From NCBI GenBank assembly GCA_041548245.1, contig JBFESZ010000034.1, positions 1 to 19,488 on the forward strand: a stretch of 19,488 nucleotides of DNA. Reading direction: 5' to 3'. The position numbers and the translations under genes were made by a program. Origin of the DNA: Sulfurimonadaceae bacterium (GTDB lineage Bacteria > Campylobacterota > Campylobacteria > Campylobacterales > Sulfurimonadaceae). Position 1 is the first letter of the stretch. Each line of letters starts with the position of its first letter. Of this stretch, positions 7,534 through 15,087 are shown piece by piece. Under the pieces are notes generated by a model. The model made no database searches. It was not told the origin of the DNA and worked only from the letters and a program-made list of their open reading frames with translations.

Positions 7534-8717
7534 TATGTCCGATAATCAGCATTGATCTTGACGTACTCATGTCCAAGATCACATCCATATGCGGTAAATG
7601 CTCCATCAGCGATACCAATATCACAAGAAATAGTAAACTCCGGCAACTTCATAATGGCTGCAGCCTCAGCTTCCATCTTATCATCAAAATGGAGTGTCCC
7701 TTTTTCATATACGCAAAGATCATTGAAACTTATACTCAAGCTTTTCTCATCACATTCAATACCGCTGGCTCCGATTGTTGAAGCAATACGTCCCCAATTC
7801 GGATCTTCACCAAAAAGAGCTGTCTTGACAAGAAGAGAGTTACTCAAAGCTTTTGCCGCTGTCTCCGCTTGAACATCATCTTTTGCACCGGTGACAACAT
7901 ACTCTACAAGTTTCGTCGCACCCTCACCATCTCTTACCATCTCTAATGCTAAGAAATGCATGATGCGTCTTAGTGCTTCAGCAAAGGCCTGTTCATCATA
8001 GACACCGCTTTTACGATTTGAGAGCAGCATGACGGTATCATTCGTTGAAGTATCCCCATCCACGCTTGCCGCATTGAAAGTTGTTACCGTGGTTTTATCC
8101 AAGATTGCTTGCATCTGTACCGCATCCACATCTGCATCAGTCGTAATGAAACAGAGCATGGTCGCCATTGCAGGGTTGATCATGCCTGCACCTTTTGCCA
8201 TCGCTCCAATGCTAAACTTGCCATTTTCACACTCTACGTCAAAAGCAATACTTTTGGAAAAGGTGTCTGTTGTCATTATTGCTTCCGAAGCCGCCACAGG
8301 ATTTTTCTGTGTCAGATCAAAGTTTAAGGCCCCCTCAAGTATCTTCTTCTTAGGAAGCCTTACACCGATGACACCCGTTGAACTCATCACCGGATTTTGA
8401 ATTTCCGAAAATTTCTTCTTAAGGCCATCAAGGGTTTCTACAATATCGTCAATACCAACATCCCCCGTCATCGCATTTGCATTTTTAGAGTTTATCAGAA
8501 CAAAATTTGTTTTGAATTTACCCAAAGATCGAAAATGCCTTATAGGGGCTGCTGTCATCTTATTGGTCGTAAATACCGATGCGATCTCACATAAAGTATC
8601 CGAGTAGACAAAAGCGATATCTTTTTGATTCCCTTTCTTAAGGCCGATGGCAATTCCATCCGCATAAAAGCCTTCTGCTGCGCAGACTCCATTATCATTT
8701 GGTATGATCTTAGACAT
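7533..8717 (-). CDS. argJ: Ornithine acetyltransferase / glutamate N-acetyltransferase
   Basis: VFTTN, NANAMTG, SSTGVIG, IMTTDT, KGAGMINPAMA|TML autoproteolysis site, VDGDTSTND, DGEGATK, DPNWGR, YVKINADYRT. Confidence 0.98.
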   Translation of the reverse strand: MSKIIPNDNGVCAAEGFYADGIAIGLKKGNQKDIAFVYSDTLCEIASVFTTNKMTAAPIRHFRSLGKFKTNFVLINSKNANAMTGDVGIDDIVETLDGLKKKFSEIQNPVMSSTGVIGVRLPKKKILEGALNFDLTQKNPVAASEAIMTTDTFSKSIAFDVECENGKFSIGAMAKGAGMINPAMATMLCFITTDADVDAVQMQAILDKTTVTTFNAASVDGDTSTNDTVMLLSNRKSGVYDEQAFAEALRRIMHFLALEMVRDGEGATKLVEYVVTGAKDDVQAETAAKALSNSLLVKTALFGEDPNWGRIASTIGASGIECDEKSLSISFNDLCVYEKGTLHFDDKMEAEAAAIMKLPEFTISCDIGIADGAFTAYGCDLGHEYVKINADYRT

Positions 8718-9840
8718 ATTTAAGCTCCTCAGGTTTCACTCTCTGTTTAAGAAGGTTTTTCGTAATATTAATCCCCTTTTGCGTGCCTATCAAAAGAAGT
8801 TTAGATTCACTTGTCACTAAAACATCACCCTTGGGCATCGGGCTGAACTTACCCTCTTTTTTACGTATTCCGACCACAGAAACATCAGCGATATGACGCA
8901 GGTGCGTCTCTTTTAACTTTTTAAGGACAATCCAGGAGTATTTAGGGACTTCAACCTCTTCCATATCCAACGGTGTGTCAGATCGATACATAAACTCTTC
9001 AAGCAGGTTTTCCATCTCTGGATGAGCAGCCATCGCTGTAATACGCTGTGCCGTAAGCTTAGTTGGTGTTACAACTGTATTAGCCCCGAGCTTTTTGAGC
9101 TTTTCCATGTCAGACATGTTCTCTGCACTAGTAATGATATTATAAGGAACCGGGATGTCATGCTCTTTTTCAAAAAGACGCACAGAGGCGATAAGTGCGA
9201 TGTTGTCCGCTATATGATGTGACAGTGTGATCAGACCTTTGGCCGAACTCAAATGTGCTTTCAACATCGCTAATTCGGTGTGGGGCTCGCCCTTGATAAA
9301 ATAGGGATATTTATTCTCTTTTGCCCAGCTTTCAAGTTCATCACTCGGGTCAATAACGACAAAAGGAATATGGCTTTTTAATAACTGCTTACTCACTTCA
9401 ATCGTATACTCATTATGATAACAAATCACAAAATGATTTTTTAGACGTGCAATCTGATATAACATACTGCGTTCCTTTAATATTCGTACCAGTTCCCCCT
9501 TGTTTATCTCCGAGACCATTGTACCGATCGCCAAAGAGAAGACAGCAAAACCCGAAATAATCAGTGTAATCGTGAAGATACGACCCATATCAGAGATCGG
9601 AGCGATTTCGCCAAAACCTACCGTCGTAAAGGTAATACCCGTCTGATAAATAGCATCCATCAATGTGAAATCATCGATAACAACATAACCAAGCGTACCT
9701 ACAGCCATGGTAACGACAGTTAGAATAAGAGGTAAACGAAATGCTTTGAGGTGCCCGTATATGTCAGGCATAAGAGAAGTGTCTGGTTTGGGAGCTGCCT
9801 CCCAGTGAAGTGCTGCCCGGATCTTACGAAACAGGTTCAA
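8710..9840 (-). CDS. Two-TM potassium channel with RCK_N/RCK_C (TrkA-type) domains
   Basis: TM1-pore-TM2 with selectivity filter TTVGFG, then a Rossmann-like RCK_N (HFVICYHNEY...) and RCK_C (VSVVGIRK...GDVL). TTG start 17 nt after the rpmB stop. Confidence 0.93.
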   Translation of the reverse strand: MNLFRKIRAALHWEAAPKPDTSLMPDIYGHLKAFRLPLILTVVTMAVGTLGYVVIDDFTLMDAIYQTGITFTTVGFGEIAPISDMGRIFTITLIISGFAVFSLAIGTMVSEINKGELVRILKERSMLYQIARLKNHFVICYHNEYTIEVSKQLLKSHIPFVVIDPSDELESWAKENKYPYFIKGEPHTELAMLKAHLSSAKGLITLSHHIADNIALIASVRLFEKEHDIPVPYNIITSAENMSDMEKLKKLGANTVVTPTKLTAQRITAMAAHPEMENLLEEFMYRSDTPLDMEEVEVPKYSWIVLKKLKETHLRHIADVSVVGIRKKEGKFSPMPKGDVLVTSESKLLLIGTQKGINITKNLLKQRVKPEELKYV

Positions 9841-9857
9841 TCTATAATCTTAGGCGA

Positions 9858-10046
9858 CTACGAATTTTTCTTCATTGTACGTAATTCAGATGCTGAGATC
9901 TTGATTTTACGAGTTGTCCCGTCTTCCAAAGTTACACGGACAGTACGTAGGTTTGGTAAAAAACGTCTTTTTGTTCTGTTTTTTGCGTGAGAAACATTGT
10001 TCCCAGCCATTGGACCTTTACCGCTAATAGCACATTTTCTTGCCAT
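9858..10046 (-). CDS. rpmB: 50S ribosomal protein L28
   Basis: [33 protein letters not shown] (62 aa). AAGGAG SD before ATG 10046, so the track's 108-aa extension is not used. Confidence 0.98.
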   Translation of the reverse strand: MARKCAISGKGPMAGNNVSHAKNRTKRRFLPNLRTVRVTLEDGTTRKIKISASELRTMKKNS

Positions 10047-10076
10047 TTGAAGCTCCTTGCTTAAATTAATAGCGCA

Positions 10077-10082
10077 ATAATA
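10077..10082 (-). promoter_or_regulatory. Putative -10 box for the rpmB operon
   Basis: TATTAT on the minus strand 30 nt upstream of the rpmB ATG, with TAAG/TTAAG elements further upstream. Confidence 0.45.
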
Positions 10083-10223
10083 CATCCTCTTAGCATAAGA
10101 ATCGCTTAAGGACAACGCAACTCCTCTGCTGGCAGCTATTTCAACAGATACAAAGACAGCCTCGTTATTTGACTTTTTTTTCAATTTGAAAGCTACTGAA
10201 TTTACTTTTAAATTCTATCTCGA

Positions 10224-10229
10224 TACAAT
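10224..10229 (+). promoter_or_regulatory. Putative -10 box for the HDOD-CheX operon
   Basis: TACAAT 28 nt upstream of TTG 10258. GGAG SD at 10246-10249. Confidence 0.45.
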
Positions 10230-10257
10230 TGATTAACTTATACATGGAGATTGTTTT

Positions 10258-11061
10258 TTGATAACAAAAGAAGAGATCAAAACATATATCGATTCTATCC
10301 CGCCTTCACCAACCGTTTTGAAAAATGTCTTAAAAAATATTCAAGAAGGTGAACTTTCCAAAGCGGCCAATGTAGCTTCACAGGATCCGGCCCTTAAAGT
10401 ATATCTTCAGAACATAGTCAACAAGCCAATCTTTGGATTCAGAAACGACATCAAGGATATCGGTCAGATTTTTGGTATCTTGGGACTTGCCCAAGCCGAA
10501 CAGCTTGTCTATAACTATATGATCTCACTTCTCACTCCTGCTCAATGGGAACTCTTTGCACTGAGCAACAAAGAGTTCTCTGACATACAGGATTCACTTT
10601 CCGTACATTGGAAACAGATTTTGGAGCATATGAAGATTTCAGACAAAAGACTCTACTCTGCCATCTCTTTGCTACCGGCTTCCATCATTGTATGTGAGGT
10701 ACTTTTTAAGTCTAAAAAAGCCGAAATCGAGCTCTTACGTTCGGTCAAAGAGATTGATTACAGTACTATTTTAAAACGCCTAACCGGTATGGACCTTTTG
10801 GATCTTTGCCAGATTATCGCATCGACATGGGAACTGCCAGAAATCATTTCAAAAGTCGTTCGTGCTTCAGATGGACATCATGAAGAGACAGATACGAAAA
10901 TCATCGAGTTGTCTAAATGGATGCATCTACTGTTTTTCTATCAACTCTCACAACCTGTCTGTGTTGAAGCAGGCCTGAATGACTTTATAGAGTTCAACAT
11001 CGATTATGTCTCGGATATCTATGAAAGATTTCAAAACATCATCATGGAAATAAATGAATGA
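10258..11061 (+). CDS. HDOD (HD-related output domain) protein
   Basis: HDOD N-terminal signature IPPSPTV...SQDPAL...IVNKPIFG...IKDIGQIFGILG and a later WELPEII motif. GGAG SD 8 nt before TTG. Confidence 0.85.
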   Translation: MITKEEIKTYIDSIPPSPTVLKNVLKNIQEGELSKAANVASQDPALKVYLQNIVNKPIFGFRNDIKDIGQIFGILGLAQAEQLVYNYMISLLTPAQWELFALSNKEFSDIQDSLSVHWKQILEHMKISDKRLYSAISLLPASIIVCEVLFKSKKAEIELLRSVKEIDYSTILKRLTGMDLLDLCQIIASTWELPEIISKVVRASDGHHEETDTKIIELSKWMHLLFFYQLSQPVCVEAGLNDFIEFNIDYVSDIYERFQNIIMEINE

Positions 11062-12458
11062 GAGCTGTAGTTAAAGACAACATAGGCGTTTTTCATCCTC
11101 AGGGTTTCTTGGACGGGACCACCGCACCATCACTATTGACAATAGAAGATATCCGTGCCACAGAAGCTTTAAATGTCAACATGATGCTCGTCTCTTTACA
11201 AAAAGTGGTCTATTTCAACAAGAATGGCCTCAATATCTTTGTTGAACTGCTTGAATCACTACATCGTAAGACAGGCATCATCGTAGGGTTCTGCGATTAT
11301 GATGACAAAAAGTATGCTTCCATTCTCAAGTTCTACGATAAGGCCATCAATTTTTCGCTCTTCAAAACACATCAGATTGCTACACTCTTCGCTTCAAACA
11401 TGCAAGAGAAAAAAGACAAGAAAAGTCTCGTCATCTGGCATGAAGACCCTTCACAACGCTCTGCTTTGGCCATTGAGCTTTTTGACCGAGGGTATGAGCC
11501 CATTGTCTGTCAGACACAAGAAGAGTTCAACAAGAGAAAGAACCAAACCGACTTATACGAAGCAGTAATCTATAACAGCTATTTAGGAATGCTTGGTTCA
11601 AAGATTGCCACACGTGTTACGGGAAATGCCATCATTTATACCCTTTCAGGTTTTTTGGATACAGAAATAAGCAATCAATTCGACTTGAACTATCATACCA
11701 ACTCCCTAAATGTCGGATTTACACTTTTTATCTTTGATACCTATAAAGTCGTATCTATGAATATACACGCCTTGAACTTCTTTTCAAAACTCGCTACAGC
11801 CGGAGCTGAGTTCGGTGCAAATATATGCATTGTCGGCATGACCTTTGAAAAGACACCCCCTACGTTCAAAGATGAACTTGAAGATGCCGGTATCCTCTTT
11901 TTTGAAAGCATGGATGATATATTAGGTGACAAAAAACGTTTAAAAGAGCTTGGTGGAAGCGGCGGTGCCACCAAAGCCAACAAACGGGCCCTAAACAAAG
12001 TGCTGGTTAATGAACTTCCACGCTTTATCAATGCAACGGTCAATACCATGGAGATGATGACCAATGCAAAAGCGCAGAAAAAAGATGCCAAGGTTGAGAC
12101 ATTAAAAGTAGATAACACCAAGGATAAAATTGCCAGTTCAATCGGCTTTTATGGCAATATTGATGGTCTGGTTATCCTTGTTTTTCCTCTTAGTATCGCT
12201 AAAAAGTCATGTGAGCTTCTATTAGGAGAGCAGACCGATAATATTGAAGATATTCTGGACACCCTCGCCGAATTTGTCAACATCATTGCCGGACGCGTAA
12301 AAGCACTGTTGGCAGAGCATAGTATCAGTGTTGATATCACCCTGCCACGGACCTATGAAAATGTGGATGAACTTCTTTCAACCCTTAATGAGCGCAAAGG
12401 TGTCCAAGTCAACCTTGATTTTGAAGGTAAAAGTTTCACCTTCTTTTTGACGCGATGA
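11058..12458 (+). CDS. Multidomain CheX-family phosphatase: STAS-like + partial REC-like + STAS-like + CheX
   Basis: C-terminal CheX pattern (FINATVNTMEMM...SSIGFYGNIDGLVILVFP...DTLAEFVNIIAG...ITLP). Two N-terminal repeats with STAS-like GFLD...KVV..N...L pattern. ATGA overlap with the HDOD stop. Confidence 0.8.
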   Translation: MRAVVKDNIGVFHPQGFLDGTTAPSLLTIEDIRATEALNVNMMLVSLQKVVYFNKNGLNIFVELLESLHRKTGIIVGFCDYDDKKYASILKFYDKAINFSLFKTHQIATLFASNMQEKKDKKSLVIWHEDPSQRSALAIELFDRGYEPIVCQTQEEFNKRKNQTDLYEAVIYNSYLGMLGSKIATRVTGNAIIYTLSGFLDTEISNQFDLNYHTNSLNVGFTLFIFDTYKVVSMNIHALNFFSKLATAGAEFGANICIVGMTFEKTPPTFKDELEDAGILFFESMDDILGDKKRLKELGGSGGATKANKRALNKVLVNELPRFINATVNTMEMMTNAKAQKKDAKVETLKVDNTKDKIASSIGFYGNIDGLVILVFPLSIAKKSCELLLGEQTDNIEDILDTLAEFVNIIAGRVKALLAEHSISVDITLPRTYENVDELLSTLNERKGVQVNLDFEGKSFTFFLTR

Positions 12459-12709
12459 TGAAACCTATGCAATCTTTAATTAAAAAGCTTCTACGCTTTT
12501 ACCTTTTTGCCATAGTGCTTGTACTTATCTATTTCATTAACAGAACACTCTTTATTGAGGAGAAACCGATTGAATTAAAAAGCTTTCATACAGACAGAGA
12601 ATTAAAACAACCTTCTCTTCGACAAACTCAGAATAATGAAAAAAGTATAGAAGCCAAATCTAACGAAGAAAAAAATAATAAAGAGTTTATTTTACTGCCT
12701 AAGAAGTAG
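12455..12709 (+). CDS. Small single-pass membrane protein, hypothetical
   Basis: Basic N-terminus, one hydrophobic segment (FYLFAIVLVLIYFI), charged tail. ATG overlaps the cheX-like stop (ATGATG). Confidence 0.65.
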   Translation: MMKPMQSLIKKLLRFYLFAIVLVLIYFINRTLFIEEKPIELKSFHTDRELKQPSLRQTQNNEKSIEAKSNEEKNNKEFILLPKK

Positions 12710-12714
12710 TCATC

Positions 12715-12771
12715 ATGAAACCAAGCAAGATCGTACTTACCCTGTTATTGACTTGGCTGATTACTCTTTAG
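12715..12771 (+). CDS. Candidate 18-aa hydrophobic micro-protein or orphaned signal peptide (MKPSKIVLTLLLTWLITL)
   Basis: Not in the ORF track. ATG 5 nt after the upstream stop, TAG at 12769-12771. Only a weak SD (AAGAAG). Confidence 0.35.
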   Translation: MKPSKIVLTLLLTWLITL

Positions 12772-13138
12772 TTACGATGTACAAAGACTCATGATTGAGT
12801 TTTTTCAAGATATCCATCACATGAACAAAATCCTGAAATCGTGACTCTTTATCACTTCGAAGCACAACCGTATCTTTTTTAGAGAGTTCTGAAAGACGTG
12901 AACGCAACTCTTCTAATCCCATACGCTCTTTATCCAAAAATATCTCACCTGTTTTAGTGACATAGATCGTCACCTCTTTGTCATCTGATTTCTTATCAAC
13001 TGCCTTTGCCTCAGGAAGATCAACAGGAATGATACCTTGACGGATAAAGGTGGCTGTAGTCAAGACCATCACCAGTAATACCAGCATAATATCTATAAAA
13101 GGGATCACGTTCATGGATGACATTGGTTTATGTTTCAT
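12761..13138 (-). CDS. exbD: Biopolymer transport protein ExbD
   Basis: MNVIPFIDIMLVLL with the conserved TM Asp, VDLPEA, VLRSDK. AAGGAG spacing favours ATG 13138 over 13141. Confidence 0.93.
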   Translation of the reverse strand: MKHKPMSSMNVIPFIDIMLVLLVMVLTTATFIRQGIIPVDLPEAKAVDKKSDDKEVTIYVTKTGEIFLDKERMGLEELRSRLSELSKKDTVVLRSDKESRFQDFVHVMDILKKLNHESLYIVTKE

Positions 13139-13153
13139 CATCTCTCCTTTTAA

Positions 13154-13615
13154 CTATCTCTGATCTGGCGTACTGTTCTTATGTTCTATATCCCAATATG
13201 CCAAAATGCGCTCCATTTTGCGCAAAAGCACATTATAAAAGATCCCTGAAGGAATCGCTACGACAAGACCCATAGCTGTTGCTTTTAGCGCCAAAGCCAA
13301 ACCACCCATGATCTGTTTGGTATCCACGGCACCTGTCTCACCAAGAGAATAAAACGTCAGCATGATCCCTAGTACCGTTCCTAATAGGCCGATATAGGGT
13401 GCGTTGACCGTTATGGTTGCAATTGTCGAGACATTGTTTGCAAGTTCGAGCTCTAGCTTGTCACGATTCTCACGTCCCTTAACGTCAATTGTTTTATAAA
13501 ACATCACACGTTCAATAAATAACCATAGGGAAATAACACTCATGATAATCAAGGTGCCGATCACTCCATAATCCACACCTGATTCTGCCATTTTTATCCA
13601 CTCACTTGAAACCAT
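13154..13615 (-). CDS. exbB: Biopolymer transport protein ExbB (short form)
   Basis: NAPYIGLLGTVLGIM and ALKATAMGLVVAIP (MotA/TolQ/ExbB motifs). GAGG spacing favours ATG 13615 over 13621. Confidence 0.92.
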   Translation of the reverse strand: MVSSEWIKMAESGVDYGVIGTLIIMSVISLWLFIERVMFYKTIDVKGRENRDKLELELANNVSTIATITVNAPYIGLLGTVLGIMLTFYSLGETGAVDTKQIMGGLALALKATAMGLVVAIPSGIFYNVLLRKMERILAYWDIEHKNSTPDQR

Positions 13616-14441
13616 TTGCATTCCTCTTGCTTAAATCTAATGTCACTTTCGTTCCCTGGCCTTTCTTGGAGTCTATATAGACCTTTATCTTATAGGTATC
13701 ACAATACTCTTTGACCATGCCAAGGCCCAGTCCATGCCCACTGCTCTGTTTATCTTCTTGATAATAGTGTTCAAACACATTCAACAAAAATTCCTCTTCA
13801 ATCCCCTCTCCTTCATCTTCCACACTAAGACAAGCATCTTTAAGGATTATTTTCACTACCGAATCGGATGTTGAATATTTCACCGCATTTTGAACAAGAT
13901 TATCTAATACCTTTATGAACCCAATTGTATCTATTTTTACACTATAACTTTCTAAATCATAGCTAAACTTGACCTGTGGAAACAGTTCTTGATAGCCTTC
14001 ACTCTGCTCTATAATCAGATCTTTCAAATCACAGGTTTCAAGTTCTACCTTGTGAATCTGTTTTTTGATGGTATAGTCAAGTTCAGCATATAATGACTTT
14101 AAGACTGCCGCAGAGCGCTCTATACGCTTTAAACGTTTAATGTTCTTTTCATTCTCCTCATTCTTGAGCAGCATTTGAGTATTTGCCAGAATCGTTGCCA
14201 CGGGAAGGTTAAGCTCATGCAAAGTCTGACGGCTTAGAAGCTCAAGCTCTTTTGAACGTTCTCTCAAAGGTTCGACCAAAAAACGGACATACCCGGTTCC
14301 GACGATAAAACTTGCCGTAAAAACAATAAGAAGCAGCCCTAGAATGTTCATATTCTCTTTAATCAAATACCCAAAAAGTGCCGAACTGATGACCATAGAG
14401 ATAAATATCAGTAAAAGAACCTGCTTTTGTTTAGGCGTCAT
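13602..14441 (-). CDS. Sensor histidine kinase with two TM helices and almost no periplasmic domain
   Basis: H-box LHELNLP, N-box LDNLVQNAVKYS, G1 EDEGEGI, G2 GHGLGL. Start set at ATG 14441 (MTPKQKQ), overlapping the regulator stop. Confidence 0.93.
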   Translation of the reverse strand: MTPKQKQVLLLIFISMVISSALFGYLIKENMNILGLLLIVFTASFIVGTGYVRFLVEPLRERSKELELLSRQTLHELNLPVATILANTQMLLKNEENEKNIKRLKRIERSAAVLKSLYAELDYTIKKQIHKVELETCDLKDLIIEQSEGYQELFPQVKFSYDLESYSVKIDTIGFIKVLDNLVQNAVKYSTSDSVVKIILKDACLSVEDEGEGIEEEFLLNVFEHYYQEDKQSSGHGLGLGMVKEYCDTYKIKVYIDSKKGQGTKVTLDLSKRNANGFK

Positions 14442-15087
14442 ACCTGTATCCCACTCCACGTATATTGATAAAGTTTTCACTTCCTATAATTTTCTTTAAG
14501 CGATTGATATAGACCCGTACCGCGCCTTCACTTCCCTCTTCAGAATGTGTCCAAAGCGTATCAATTATCGTTTCTTTGCTGACAACTGAGCCTTTGTTCT
14601 TGATGAGCAATGCCAACAGATCAAACTCTCGCAGGGAAACTTCAAGCTCTACATTCTCTTTAAACACCCGTTTTTGCTCAATATCGATACATAGGTCATC
14701 GACACACTGTATGTTGCTGCCTTTAATACGTTTCATCAATGAGAGAATACGAAGATGAAGTTCTTCCAGGTCAACCGGCTTTTTAAGATAATCATCACAC
14801 CCTTTTAAAAAGCCCTCTTTCATCATCTCTTTATCCTGGTAAGAGGTCAAGAAAATGGCCGGTGTATCATCGCCGCTTTGGCGCAATGAATCTAAAAATT
14901 CAAGACCGTTCATAATAGGAAGATTAATATCAAGCAAGTAGAGGTCGTACTTCCCCTTATAGGTAAGTTCCAAAGCTTGATTGGGGTTATGTGCGGATGT
15001 CACCTCAAAACCCTCTTCGTCAAGAAAGTCCTCAAGGCTTTCACAAAAAAGAGGGTCATCTTCAAGCAGAAGTATCTTAATTGACAT
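14431..15087 (-). CDS. OmpR/PhoB-family DNA-binding response regulator
   Basis: [15 protein letters not shown] (phospho-Asp), FLTS, DDYLKKP; winged helix [10 protein letters not shown]...IRGVGY. Confidence 0.96.
   Translation of the reverse strand: MSIKILLLEDDPLFCESLEDFLDEEGFEVTSAHNPNQALELTYKGKYDLYLLDINLPIMNGLEFLDSLRQSGDDTPAIFLTSYQDKEMMKEGFLKGCDDYLKKPVDLEELHLRILSLMKRIKGSNIQCVDDLCIDIEQKRVFKENVELEVSLREFDLLALLIKNKGSVVSKETIIDTLWTHSEEGSEGAVRVYINRLKKIIGSENFINIRGVGYRYDA

Noticed and set aside
10047-10184. N-terminal extension of L28 (108-aa ORF)
   Set aside because: A strong AAGGAG SD precedes ATG 10046 and L28 homology starts there. The extension covers the promoter region.
12721-12756. Bidirectional terminator between the CheX operon and exbD (CCAAG...CTTGG)
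   Set aside because: Only a 5-bp outer stem with a large, poorly paired interior and no U-tracts.
14442-14480. Upstream start for the histidine kinase
   Set aside because: It lies deep inside the response regulator. ATG 14441 gives a typical short overlap.
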